This document shows positions 36,647 through 50,739 of a stretch of DNA of 64,000 nucleotides, piece after piece. A model generated the notes under the pieces. The model worked only from the letters and a program-made list of their open reading frames with translations, ran no database searches and was not told where the DNA came from. Both the position numbers and the translations under genes were made by a program. Within the stretch, counting starts at the first letter, position 1; each line of letters begins with the position of its first letter. The stretch lies in the NCBI GenBank assembly GCA_022605425.2, contig CM061246.1, positions 1,798,001 to 1,862,000 on the forward strand, read 5' to 3'. This DNA comes from Hamiltosporidium tvaerminnensis FI-OER-3-3. Its lineage: Eukaryota > Fungi > Microsporidia.

Positions 36647-38990
36647 ATGTCTTACTGCAATTCCTTTTCCATTATATTTTATATTTTTACTACATGTGTG
36701 CTGATAGCTTCTCTTACAAGCGTATCATTTTATATTATAAACGAAGAGAACAATATTTCAAATCTAATAGAAAGCGCTCATACTATTGAAAATATGTTTA
36801 TTAATGAAAATAAAGAATATTTCAATAAGAATAATAAAACTACATTGTTTCAAAACAACATATTATCTCATGAACGTAAGTTTGGAACAACAAAATATTA
36901 TAATCCAGATATTATAGCACTGCCATACACGAAAAATATGCTACTCAATTCTACACTTTTAAAATCCTTATTTGATAGAGAAAAAACAACTTTTAGAGTG
37001 TTTATAAAAAATATTTCAAGCTCAAATTTTCTTATTTTCCTATAATTGGTAAAGAAATCGAATATTCTTACAAATCAAATAACGATTAAGGCTTTTCTGG
37101 AAATCTTAAGAATTATTACCATATTAGATATTAAAAAATCTAAGCAGAGAGATCTATTTATTAAAGAATTGTTAAGAAGTCTTGTATATGGACTGAATAC
37201 ATTGTCTTTTGGTTTTTAAAATGAAAGCTATTATAATTATCTTATCTATGATACAAAGCGATCATTATCGAGAGATTTATTGGTATTTTTCATGGAAGTA
37301 GTTTATTTTAAAGAAAACAGGACCAAACACTATCTTGTTTTAAAAGAAAACAAGATAACATGTTTCAAGATTGAGGGTTCTGTTTTTTATCAGGAAAAAA
37401 TCAAAATGAATCAAAGAAATAAAAATTGTTCACGATTAAATGATTTTAACGCAAAAAAATTATCGAAGTTGATGACCTCATATCTTCTACGTAATATTTG
37501 GGTTTTTTTACTTAAAATTACACGAATAGATTTTATTTACTTTGCATTTGCATTAGAAGAAACACTTAAAAGTATTTTTGAAATTTTTTCTGGTGCAAAG
37601 CTTCCTTCGGAAAAATTTTATATCCATTCAATAAAAAATGCACAAAACTACTTTTAAAAATGAAAAATCATATATTTTTAAAACTTAAAAGTTTTGAAGT
37701 TTGAATTTGATTTCACCTTGGAGGAATTAAAAGAGATATTGGTGTCTTACAAAAACATGGTAAAAATTTCAATAAAAACACGTAAAATCGATTTCAATAC
37801 TTTGCGATTTTTAATAGATTTCTGTTCTGAGAATTTGAATACATCATATAAAGTTGTTTCATCAAACTATATTTATGATAATAGTGATCCGGGTATATTG
37901 AAATGTATGCCAAATAACCTTTTGTTTTTTCCTATGTATTGCAAAATTGGTGGATATTTAACAGGCAATCCTCAAACCAAACTCCATTTATAAGTGCATA
38001 TTATAGGTATTTCTACGGAGATTTTCTTGGATATTGTTACGATATATTCCGTTTTGAATGTATGAATACTAAAAAAATTAAGATTTATATGCTCGATTCA
38101 TTATATCCACAAAAACTTGATAGCCAAGTTTATGTCGCTTTAAGATATTGTAAAACTCTAAAGCATATATATTTTGAAAATATAATAGTATCTAATGAGT
38201 TATTATATATATTTTATAAACAACTTCATTATTTTCCATCGAAATAAAGAATTTCGAGTGTTCCTACAACGAAAAATTGTTTGATAGAAATTATACTTTG
38301 AATTTCAATCTAAAGACTTTAATTCTTTCTAATTCTAAATTTTGTATCGAATCGAGACTTTTAAGTTATTTGTCAAAGTTTAAATTGTTTGTAATTTGAA
38401 AATGGAAAAGACACATTTTAATTATAAAAATTTAGCTTCGAGAAAGCCGTATTTAAACCTTCTTGCTTTTCTTAGTAAAAATAAGAAAGAAAAGATATTT
38501 TTAAAACATTTGGATTTAGAATCAACGTATATGAATGATCAATTGAAAAACTTTCTTTATTTTTATCTGACATTTATGATTTTTCAAGACTTAACTCGAT
38601 ATTTTTAACTTTCTATCGATTTACAGAAATCGATTATAGATTTTTCCCAGAAATGAACAAACTAAAAGTTGTTGATATAAATTTTTACGGCTTAACAGAA
38701 AGAATAGCTTTTAAAAAAGTTTTCGAGAATTCTAATTTATTCGATATAGTAATTTCTATAACGATACATCTTACTGAAATTACGCCTTAGTACATCCATC
38801 TTTTGGGATCTTACAAAAATTTATTAAGTTTATCTATTGCTTTAGATACAATTGATTATAAAATTGTTCAAAACATTCGTAGAAAAAACTTTAAGAATAC
38901 AGAATTCGTCTTAATGAAACCAATTCGAAGTGAAAGATCAAATGAAGTTAATGATACCTAGATTCCGAATTTATTCATAATTTCCCTTAA
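36647..38990 (+). pseudogene. Frameshifted secreted BTB-like/LRR-like family gene
   Basis: Signal-peptide-like start, collinear ORF fragments, Lxx(L/I)x(L/I) repeats (LKHIYF, LKHLDL, LKVVDI, LLSLSI); last frame ends ...DSEFIHNFP* at 38990. Confidence 0.7.
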
Positions 38991-41481
38991 ATAAATAATT
39001 TCTTATGCTTTAAATATTTCTAGTATATTTTAAATTTAAACAAGACAAAAATCGGTACCTATTTTACGCTTAAATACCATATTTTTATTTCTGAAAATTT
39101 AACATCAATTGAAATCGAACAAATACTTATTAATCATAATGAACTTTGATTTTCATTATAGTTTAAAATATAAAGAAAAATTTAAACTGTTTAAATTTTG
39201 ACAAAAACATTGTGTGAATGTTTCTTTTACAAAAAATAGAAATATAAAAAATATGGTTTTATATAACCGGTTTTATATTAGAAATTTCGATGCTTTTCTG
39301 ACATTTTATGAGACAAAATATTGAAAAAATTCCATTGAAAGCTCATATTCTTAGTCTATCAGTTCTAATTTTAGAATAAAATTAATTTTATATCGATATT
39401 TGTCTTTAAATTTTTCTATCGAATATTTTAGGATATTTTGAAGGTGCTTTATTTACTGTTATGTTATAAATTAGAATAATTTAAGTACATGAAGATAAAA
39501 CAATACTCAAAGCTATAAAATAATAATTTTTTTTGAAGATAATCTTTGGCCCTTAAAAAATAACCCAAATGTATAATTCGAAATAATAACACCTGACCAA
39601 AAATGCCAAAGATTTTTGTTTTTTTATTTATAATATGATCAAATCGAAAAACCTTTATCGAATAGCATAGTTAGCGCTTTTATTCGTTTAAAGCAGTGAA
39701 ACTTTACTTAATTTAAATGGCTTGTATATAGGCTTATTAATTTGAATGGCACACAAAGGTTCTAAAGGCTTAATTTTTTTTGTAAATTGGCTAGCAAGAA
39801 TTTTTATAGCTTTTCGTAGAATTGATTCCCGAGTTGTGACAGTAATACACAAGAGAAAATCGAAATTGAAAATTTCGCGATAGAATAGGAGAATTGCAGT
39901 TAAAGAAAATTTAAAATTTCGGATATCAAAACCTGCGAGTTAAAAATTCATTAAAAATTATATAGATGGAAAATTTGTTATTCGTAAACGACTACCTGAT
40001 CACTTTTTCTTTTGAAATTCAGAAATTATGCAAAATAAAAAAATATGAAGATGTTAAAAAACGTTCTCCCAAAAAAGTAATTTATATTTCAAGAAATGCA
40101 ATTTTATATTTTTTTATGCAGTAAATAGCTCTAACAAATTCTAACCGTTATGATTAAATAAAATTATTCATCTACAGAACTTCGATATTTAAAATGTTTA
40201 GATTGTTGTAAAAATAGTATATTTTTAACAAATAGTTAAGGTTATTTTAAAAAATATTTCTTATAGAAAACAAAAAAATTGAACTTACAAAAGTATAATC
40301 AAAAGGAATTGAACTCATCGATTTAATATTTAGTATTGTATCAACGAGCAAATAGAACGGCAAAAACTCGTTGTTTCATCGCGATAACAAGTGTCTGCAC
40401 TGCTACAATAACACATCATTCTAAATTTCGAATGGATTTTACTTGGCTTCATTCATATATTTAGGGGTAAATAAGGCATTTTTTTCATATAATTCCAAAA
40501 ATGTTCTTTGGATTATAATTTAGAGACCGGGAGGACCAAGGAAGTATTATGATTTCCTTTATTTCAAAATATCAACGGACACCTTTGATGTTTACTTGTG
40601 ATGATTATCTTTCGTAAGAATACAATCGTACACTCATATTTCTAGCAGACGATTCTGAATGCTCGAAAGAATACTAAAATATTAAAACCGGTCTATAATG
40701 AGATCAATTAATACCAAATTCCCAACGCTGGCTTTTTACATGCATCTTAAAACCACAATATTTTTACCTTCAGAATTACTTCTGGTGTCATATATTTGGG
40801 AATTGAGTGTTCCCCTTACTCCTATAAAAAATAAACATTAGCAGATTAATTAAGGGATCTGGGCTTGCATTCATCACGAAATATTACACTTAAAACGTTC
40901 AGGCAAAGTAGGTAAATTCATACTGAAATTTCAAATCTAAAACTATATTTTTTTAGTGAAAAAAAGGTTATTGAGCAGCGGAACAGTCATATCCACTAAC
41001 ATTTCTTGGATGATCTATTGTAGTCTAGAGAGTACAATTAGCATTAGATAATAATGCATCTAGTTTTTTGGTAATTTCTGGTTGGCTAAATACAGAATTT
41101 TCTTTTCTAAAATTTAAAATTACATTGAATATTCTAATATATATATAGGGAGGCCGTCCAAATTTATGTTTTCAATTTGTATCCCATCATTTATATATTT
41201 CTCTAATGTTTCATGACTCGTAGACTTAGATAATTGTAACAGTTAGGAATATTTTCTCATTGAATATCTTTAAGTATAACATCACTTGAGCATATTTCTC
41301 TCTGGTTGATTTAATAAACTGATTTAGGGTATTTTTAAACTCAAAATACTTAATTTAATAATAATTGACGCAAATATTTATAGAAATTTTAAGAGTTAGG
41401 ATTTTTTTTGAAATTTCAGAAAGATATATAATAAAATATATAATTCCTGATTATAATAGAATTCTTCAATTTATTTAATAA

Positions 41482-44400
41482 AATTCTGGGTTAAAATATT
41501 TTTAACATTTTTATATGTTTTTTTCTACCTCTTTAACCACTATTGTCTCTTCTTCCAAATCCGACTCTTCATTTATGTTATTGGTCGGTTCCTCCAAAGT
41601 GGTTCCTCCTTGTGAAATAAAGGGTGCTTTATTTTTGGGTTTAAAATTTTTTGCACTATCTTCCTCTCTCTTCTCTTCTTTTAAAAAGGGTGTTGGTTCC
41701 TCATGCATCTCTGATCTCATAATAACACCCATTGACGCTCTCTCCCAGCTCTCTTCGGCATTTAGTTCGGACTCAAGTCCTCTTCGTCGATCAAAGGAAA
41801 TTGTTTCGACTGTTTTCTTAAGTCCTATAGACTGAATGTATGCCTCTACATTCATGGGTATTTCTAGTCTTTTAAGAGGAGATTTATAGTATTTTGTCAC
41901 AATACCGTCCCAGGTCATCACATAAGGGTTTATCTCAACACTACACTTATAAATAAGACCTAACTCATTGGCTAGCAGGTCATACTTCCTAAGTTTTTCA
42001 GTTTCAACTATTTGAAGTGAATCTTGGGAAGTGATTCCTACTTCAATGAGTGTTATCTTATTCTTCTTCTTATCTAAAATAAATATGTCGGGTCTGTTAT
42101 TCCGAATTTTAACATCAGTTTTAATTCTGGTGTCCACTCTTATCTCTGCATACTCATTATCAAGAATTTCTTGAACTGAGTGACTCCTTATTCGTTTTGA
42201 AGCCTTAAACTTATATCTATTCAGAAGAAGTAGGTGTAGGCATCTAACCACTTCATTATGCCGTCTAGTGTAATTATGGCCTAGCATTTTTTCACATCTA
42301 GTTGCTAGATGATCTACAGTCTTACGAGACTTCCCGCAATGTTGACACACACCATCTGCTCCCCAGAATACATTTCTATCCTGGATATAGCAGAACACAG
42401 ATTCATTTTGTGGCCTAATATTTCCTCTCTTTAGCCATCTTGAAGAGTCACTAACACTCACAAGCTCATTTTTTCTTGCATTATATAACTTTGAATGGAG
42501 TTTTCGTTTTTCTATTTCGTTATATAGTTTTGCAAGTTGAGCTTCTTCTAAACTTTGCTTAGTGCCTTCTTCTACCAACATGTACTTTACTTTTAAGAAA
42601 CATTTTATTAGTGCAAGATGGGTTTTATTATTATTCTCCACCCTGAGGATTGCTGCTCGTCTAGTTGATATTTCTTTACTTTTCAGACAATTCAAGAGTT
42701 GCAAAAGCATAAGTTCGCTTCGCAACACAGCACTATGTAGGCCTCTTCCAAGTTCTGTTCTAGGAAGGTGTAAACGCTCTTTACATCCTGGGCGGAGATG
42801 TATTTTATTCTTCACCAACACCGCACGCACTGCATCATCTAACTTAGAGAAGTCAGCCAGTTCAAGTCGAAGTACTCCTATGTGATAGTTGATTAAAGAT
42901 ATCGCATGTTGATTGATTGCAGAAAATAAATTTTTTGCATTTAATCTAGTGTGACAAAGTTTTTCAACTCTTGATATAAGTTTGCTCTGTACTTCTTCAA
43001 ATGAGCTACGTGTTGGGATTCCTCTGCTATCTTCTATTATTCCTAAATATTTGTAAACACGTACACCTTCTAGAAGAGTAGCAGTATCTTCACAACACGT
43101 ATCATTTGTGGCTGACTTCTCTTTGTTAATCTCTAAGCCAATCACCTCTAAAAATTCCTTTGCCTCGCCTGTCATAGCACTCAATGTGGAGCTGTCTTTT
43201 GCAAGGAGCTTAAGATCATCAATAAACAAGAGATGATTAGTAGAATGGGATTCTGCATAGTTTTGTACTGTCACTTTTGTGTATTTTTCATTAAGCTTTC
43301 GGCTTAATGGATCCATACACAACACAAATAACAAAGGTGACAAACTATCTTTCTGCAGAATCCCTCTCTGAATCTTCTTGCTCATGATTTTTTCAGGCTC
43401 TACTGATATTTCAATTTTCAATTTTGATATAATTACCTTAATAAATTTCAGGATCCAATCAGGTAAATTAAGGTTTTCAGTGCATTGAGCTAAATAAGCA
43501 TGATCTATTGAATCATAAGCTTTTTTAACATCAATCCATGTTGCCTTAAGATTGTTTCCATACTCTTTATTTAGGGAAATATTTCGTAGAGCCTGCTTTT
43601 TCGCTCCCTGCACACCTCTTACCGCCCCTAATTGGTTCTCTGCAAGCAACCCTCGCTTTTCCACTTCAACTTGAACGACTTTCGTTACACACTTAGTCGT
43701 TAACTTGTAGAGGTTGGACATACAAGTGATAGGCCTGTAGTCAGAGCCTCTTCGTGGAATTCCTTTCGGTATCAAATACGTAAGCCCGCAGTAAAACCAA
43801 TCAGCTTGAGTTGTTCCTTCTAAACATATAACTTTCACAATATCATAAATATATTTGTGAAGAGCTGTAAGTTTCTTAATGAAAAAATTGTAAATACCAT
43901 CAATTCCAGCAGCTTTCCAATTGGGAAGCCAATTAATGATATTCACAAATTCATCAAGTGAAGGAAACGTGGTCGGATGATTATCTGATACAAATGGAAT
44001 CAAATAATCATCGTACGTGACTATGTAATCATTTTTGTTTCACATTGTAGACCAAAAACTCACAATTTCATCACGGCTAACCACATGCTCGGATTCTACA
44101 CGCTCAGATAACCCACGATAAAATCGACCTCGGAAAAGCTCAAACATACGATTCTCTTTTCGGAATTGCTTCCTACTTTCATGCATCGTAATTTTTTTCT
44201 CGTACACATTCAAAGACTCATTCTTCTTAACTAAAGCCTCAGAAAGATCAGTTACACTGCTCAAGTTTAAATTAAACTCTCGCATGATTTTCTTAAGGCT
44301 CTTCGTTTCCGAAGTGGAGAGCTTTTCCTGCTTACGAGCCTTCTCGAGAAGATCTTTGGAAAGTACTAACTTAGAAATTTTACTTTCTATGTTTTCCTTC

Positions 44401-45275
44401 CTAGCGGATCTAGGCTTTTCTTTGCGTGTTGCCTCGTCATAGCATACCTGGGCTGCCTGGATTATCCGTGCCACTGCAGTTATCGTCATCGGCACACAAG
44501 AATCAGCATACTCACCGACTACTCGATTAATGAGATCCAGAACTTTACTATCAACCAATTCATTTGGATGTTTTCTAGTTCGGACCACCACTTTTCTAAT
44601 TTCGTTCTCCGAGATTTCTTTGATTTTACTCAAGAATTTATCTCTCAGGTTTATGTACTCCGTGGTGTCGGTCAAAGTGCATATATCAGCGAGACAAGTG
44701 GCGATTCTACGTCGCTCTCCATTCTCTTCTGATTTTACTTCCTTTCCCATCTCACTTTGTGCCAATTTTTGAAACGCATCGATATCTAGTGTGCAGCTAA
44801 ATTTCTCATTATAGTACCTCAGAGTAGCGGGCCAGCCATTTCTTGGCATTCTCTCAAACCTCTTTTGCACTGCTAGAATAGCAGATCTAGGCCATTCCTG
44901 CTCTACGACTGTGACAGAGTCAAGTATTGAGTGCAATACCATCAGTCGATTCACTTCTAGAATGACATCTGTATTGAGGTTTGTCATGCCGTTGGCTGGT
45001 CCAAACGCAGTGGCATCGGTACGAGAAAACGAGGGTATGGTGTCAACCAAGCAGACTGGACTAGTCTGGCAACTACTGCTTGGTGGTTGGTGGTTGGTGG
45101 TTGGTGGTTGGTGGGTGGTGTCATGGAAGGTCGGTGGAGGTGGAAGTCTCTCGGATAACATTGCTACATCTGCATCACACATCAAAATCTCTCCTGCGCT
45201 GTTCTCCAAGTTGTTTACAGCCTTTATTTTTTCATTTTTTATATTTTCGCTGTCTACTTTTTTCCTTCTACCCAT
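41482..45275 (-). mobile_element. Near-full-length R4/Dong-clade non-LTR retrotransposon, single ~1250-codon ORF broken by one TGA
   Basis: ORFs 44040-45275 and 41511-44003 are in frame, separated by TGA plus 12 codons. WKAAGIDG, YRPITC, DVKKAYDS, QKDSLSP (normally QGD), FIDD, YKYLG, CQHC..H..C, RHN, PD..E endonuclease. Confidence 0.95.
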
Positions 45276-45339
45276 CTACTTATCAAATTATGTTTATATT
45301 ACATAATTATTAAATAAGATATTTCGTTTTTATTTTTTT

Positions 45340-46050
45340 TGGAAGAGATTAACTACAATAAAAATTTTCTGCTTTATGATGAGCATGTTAAATGCATTTA
45401 GATATAATTTTTAGAATTTTAATGATAATAAATACACGTTAGATCTTTGGTTTATTCATGGGTTGTTAAAAAAGAGAAGAAAGTTGCTGAACAGTTTTCT
45501 ACAATTCAGCTTTAAATTTTTTTTTATGAAACTAGACCGCAGCCTGTAGCCGAATTTATATGTATTTACAATTTTAAGAGTGGACGCCTAGACAGGATTA
45601 CTCAAGTTATAAGACTATACGCTCTAGAGATACAGAAACATTAATTTTAAAAACCAGGAAACCAAATTGACAGCTTAAAGATCTTGGTATGGCATGCATT
45701 TCTAAGTAGACTTATGAGAGTTGGCCTGATATTTATATCTAGAAGTCTATTGAGTTTAGAAATTCTAGATTAGTTAGAAATGATGCAAAGTCTTAAGAGT
45801 TTAGAGTGGTTTAGATCTGCGATCACACACCAGCAACGAATATAATAAACGAACTTCTGGCAACCAGCACGGTAATAAAATACGCTCTAAACTTTGTAGG
45901 CGAAATGCTAGGAGTTGAAGTATCGTAAGAGATCCCGATAGAGTATTGGAGAAAACAAGCATGGTATACATTAAACCTAGAATTTTCTTAATGTTATAAA
46001 AAAATTACAGTTGCCAATGTAAAAGATGTGATATTGTTGAAATAAAATTT
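45340..46050 (-). repeat. Family A copy 4 (older, full length, same orientation as copy 3)
   Basis: Collinear diverged matches: TTTCTGCTT..ATGAG, CTAGAAGT.TATTG, CGATCACAC.CCA.GCAACG, AACGAACT.C.GGCAAC, ATTAAACCTAGAA, AAAAGATGTGATA. Confidence 0.85.
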
Positions 46051-46550
46051 CATCAGATATAGCAATAGAAGGAAATTTATTTAAATTTTTCATAAATAAC
46101 TTGTTAGAGCGGAATATCTTCGCTACCAAACAACAATAAATAACTATAGAACAATTTAAAAACATTTTTTTAAGCATTTGAGATGAAAGACATAAGGATT
46201 TATTAATAATTAGCTAAACCGTAAAACACAATCAAATAACTTAATATTGGCTAATTTGTAGACATTCAGACACAGAATGAAAATATTTAAAAATAATAGT
46301 AATGCTGAACTTAGGTGGTGAAAACGATATAAAAAATATAGCCAGAAAGTATTTAATGGATACTAGTACTTTTTATGAGATACCTTCAATATGAATTTAA
46401 TTTGAAGAAATCAAATCTAAAAAGAAAAATATGTTATTATACTAATTTTCAATTTTAAAAAATGAATAAAATATTTTTTTATAAAAAAAAACTTTGAAAA
46501 AATCAATAAATAATAGAACAATTTTTACGAAATATCAAAGTATATAGGTT

Positions 46551-47082
46551 TTAATGCAATAAAAACGTGAACTTTTCATCTAACACAGCCTGTATAATTA
46601 TTTGTAGCAAAAATGCATTTGCTAATATAATAAAAATAAAAATACCATGGAAAAGATAATCAATATTTTTATTCTTTTTTATATACTTGTAAAATATAAA
46701 TAGAATAACAAAATAGTTGAGAAAAAATTGTAATAAAAATATTTCCATAAGTAGAAGTTGCTGATAAAAACATAAAAATCGTATTTTGAAGAAAAGCAAG
46801 AAAATGTATTCAAACTTTGGCTTAAAAACCAACTGATAATGTTGATTTTCATAGTGTAGTTCTCGATTCGAAATTTTAAGATTATTTTGTATAGCTAGGA
46901 TTTGGGTAAAAAGATTTTTGGCTGTACGTTTGTTGGCTATTAGAAGAATTATTCCAAAATATATCATTGTTTATAACAATCTCGTAGGTGCGAGCAGAGT
47001 CACTTGATTTTGTTGGTATGACACCAGTAATTGTATTTTCTATTCCATAGCTTCCATTAGGTCTCAGATTATTCAAATTCAT
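46551..47082 (-). pseudogene. Possible frameshifted membrane-protein gene
   Basis: ATG-led hydrophilic ORF (46882-47082) overlaps a hydrophobic multi-TM-like ORF (46551-46967) in another frame; no family recognised. Confidence 0.3.
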
Positions 47083-49949
47083 ATTTTTATTGATGCCTAA
47101 CGGTATTTTTTTAAAATAAATACATTACTGTCCAAAAAATCAATTTTGAATTTACTAAATAGAGTTTAAAATCTCTTTTTTATTGCAATTTTTTTTGTTT
47201 CTTTTTTTTGATCAAAATGTTAGATAAAAGATTGCATATAATCCTGTAGTAATGATTTATAATGGTTACTAATGCGAAAGAATTTTTATCAAAAGTATAA
47301 AAAGCCAAAATATTATTTTATAAATGCTTTTTCGGATAGAAATAACAGGATTGTTCGATAGATTTTTATTATTCTCTTATCCAGCTGTCCTTAGAGACCA
47401 AATAAATTTAATAATAAAGGCAAATTTTTTTTAAATATGACAATATCAACAAAAAATATCTATGAGTTGCATTATTAGTTGAAAAATACTTTTCAAATAT
47501 TTAAACCTAAAAACACGTGAAAAGTCCAAAATACAAATAAATTGGATTTATATCGCATCGTTGCATCTTGAAACAGTCTTTACGTCACCTTAAACTTTAT
47601 TTATCTCAACTATCTTTATGCTGAAATAGCCCATACGGATAAATTCGAATTTTTTAAAAACGTTGAAAAGCTACTATATTCAAAATATTTATACTGATGC
47701 ATTTTATTGCTAAATTATATTTCAAAAGAAAAAAATATTTTGCGATTTCTTAAATTTTGGTTTCTATGTTTATTTCTCTGTTCGATTAAATATAAATGCC
47801 TAGCTTAGTTGCAAATTACTATCATTTAATGCATTTTCATGGGTGTGGCATGACAAATATGTTTCTAATTACCTTTCCTTTTGCACTTCCAAGACAATCC
47901 TAGGCATTGAGGGTTTTTATTATTATTTTAATCTGTATATGTTGCATGGGACCGCTTAATTAAAGTTACACTTGTATTTTTTTTTTCATATTAGGATTTG
48001 TAGGTTTGACCTAACCTTGATATTTCGATTGTGTTACACCTACCATAAATTATTTATTAGTGTAGTTAAAAACGTTCAGAAAGTGAGACTTCATATATTT
48101 TGTCATGATTAAATTACTTCACTATCAAAATAGGTTAGTCACAAACAGAAAATCAAAGAATATTTAAAATCTGAAAGTCATTTTACTATCTTAAACCAGC
48201 AAATATGTTTGTGTGTATGCTGATCACGTTAACAACTGCGATTTATTCTTTTACTCCATATAAATTCAAAAATTTACATAATTTATACAAACTAATCTCT
48301 TTCGGTGATATTTTTGATTTATAACAGTTTATTTTTTATTTTCGAAAAACTAATATAAACAACGCTCAACATATTGATATGTAGTTTAATACAATACCAT
48401 GGTAATTTAGTCAAATTTGAGCTATAAATTCATTTACCTCATGATGCAACTATCGTGATCCGTTTAAATAATAAGTCAAATTGAATTAAAGAAAAAACGA
48501 CTATGCTCGTCTAAATTAACATTTAGCGACAAAGATCATCTCTTTAGCTAAATAAAGACTTTTGTTCTTTTTCTAATTAATTGCATTCTCATTTTGTATG
48601 CAATCGTATATTGACAGCTTATAAAACGCTAATAAAAATTTTTTTCTTTGAACACTTAAAATCCGTGCATTGTAAATTATCCTACATTTATTTACAGAAC
48701 TGAAATGCCAATTTAAATAAGAAATTAAAAATTATATTACTGTAGAGGAAATTCATATATATATTTTCTTACATCTTGTAGCTAGAAGGTCTGAAAATCT
48801 TTTTGTATGCATAAAAACTGCGATTTCGAAAAATTCAAAACCACAAACAACTTAGAATTCAATGTGCCATTTTTTAGTATCATTTCTATTTTAAAACATT
48901 TTTTAGCCTTTTTGGTGAAAAAACGCTAAGAAGAGATGAATAGGAATTGGCAAACCGGAATACATAAGACATAAAGGTATAAAATAAAAAGACTTAATAT
49001 AAACAATATCTTTTCAAAGAATCAAAAATTGTAAAAATAATATAAAAACCAATAGCATCATGAATTACTAGTGACCTCGATATAAATATAATAAATTTTG
49101 ATATTTCTTGATTAATCGAATTATTTATTACTATTTCAGGTTGCATAATTGAAATACCATATATGTATTACTTATATCTTTCTTTTACATCAACAAACCT
49201 TAAAATTTATGGTTCATTATTGTTTATCTTAAACTAATATTCATTAGGTAATGAAGACTGTGTTTAGAATAAAAAGTTTTTATACTTAGAAACTCTAATG
49301 ATATGAATAGGATTAAAAGGAAAATGCATGTAAGAGTATTGCTAACTAATCACAAGCTACGTGTTTTTCTACATTCAAACGCGGTCAAAATCAAGCCAAC
49401 TCTCTTTTATAATACAAATATCAAGCATAAGGCACCAAATTGGTTACAGAAACCACATTTTTTGGATTACAGCTTCTAGAAAGAATTATCTTGTGAAAAG
49501 ACAAACCTATGTATTTACTACTTCGTGGAGTAACTGCTAAGTTTAATGAAATCTATCTTGCTTTCATAAAGATTTATCCACAGGAAGGGAACCAATTTGT
49601 TTTTAGAAATACAGAAAGATCCCAAAAAAAATTTCTGAGCAAACTTAAACTGTTTTATAAAATATCAAAGCTGAAAAGAATCATATCCAATTTACATCGG
49701 TGTTTAAAGGATTGATTGGCTATAAGAATGCAAAAAATACGAAGCCGACAGAGAAATAATAGCTACCTACAGGCGTTCCGTGCCACTTTGAGAATTCTTT
49801 TGTCAGAACACACCCTAAATAAAGTCGAGAGAAATGTATTTTGGCTATGTAAAAGACCATGTGTAAAGAAAATAAAAAATTTAGATTAAGTTCAAGAGCT
49901 TCACAATAAATTTTCAATAGAAGTGTTTTATCAAAGAAATCAAAAAAGC

Positions 49950-50610
49950 AAGCTATGTAATATTTTATTAGAAGTAATGTATCTTTGACGCAAATATATT
50001 ATAAAGCTAAATATACATGGCAAAATATTATACAACGAGAAAAGCATAGATTTATTGCATAAGACCATAATAGTATGATTTAAATGTAGTTCATCTTAAA
50101 ATTTACACGAGTAAAAATGTATATAGAACCCGGATTTTCTGTAATCAAATTTTTTAAGAAAATTTTCCTTAGTCTAAATTAATATGGAATATAAAAATAT
50201 CGATTTTTATGGCTTCAATTAAAAAATAGGTTGGTGTATATCATGGTTAAAAACTTACGATTTTATAAAAAGAAATTGAAAAAATCAATCGTATCTGAGA
50301 TTGTTCTTGAATGGCTTCATTATGAATAAATAAAAATATGATGTCAAACATTGGCTAATTCAGAACGAAATTAAAGCTGTGATTTAAAGTGCTGACCGAG
50401 TAATTATGGAATAAGTATCAAACAAATAGTTGGTTTATGTATCAGATACGGTTTTTTCTAAATTGTTTTTACTGGGTGTGTTTAATAAATATCATGAGTT
50501 TGCTTTACAACTGAGAGATGCAGAGTTCATGTTTTTTATACCTTTTCGTCAAATAACTCAAGTCCTTTGACCGAATTCTTTATAAAGTTCAAAAAAAGGC
50601 TTCTTGATAA
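49950..50610 (+). mobile_element. Decayed Tc1/IS630-like DDE transposase remnant
   Basis: MYIEPGF (~FIDE.GF) at 50117, NGFIMNK..DVKHWL (~IMDN..H) at 50310, SPLTEFF (~LNPIE.FF) at 50561, in the expected order. Confidence 0.4.
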
Positions 50611-50739
50611 AAAGTACTATAGGTTAGCTGCTTTATTGTGAGCTTACGTATTTCATCTTAAAAAACATGCTAAGCAAGGGTTCTTAGTTCAAACCGATCA
50701 TTTGCAATCAAACCTAAATTTCAAAACATATATAGGTTT

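Noticed and set aside
44040-44042. TGA at a Trp position in the R4 ORF (also TGG>TGA in other TE copies), suggesting TGA=Trp or programmed readthrough
   Set aside because: RPB2 and other genes end in TGA and use TGG for Trp; the same element has other lesions (QGD>QKD). Ordinary G>A decay explains it.
27950-45313. Recurrent ~107-aa antisense ORFs (27950, 35152, 42562; 36206, 41515; 44911)
   Set aside because: Shadow frames of the retrotransposon ORF, repeated only because the element is repeated.
49741-49790. ACAGAGAAATAATAGC resembling the U6 ACAGAGA box
   Set aside because: The downstream U6 internal stem-loop and conserved 3' sequence are absent.
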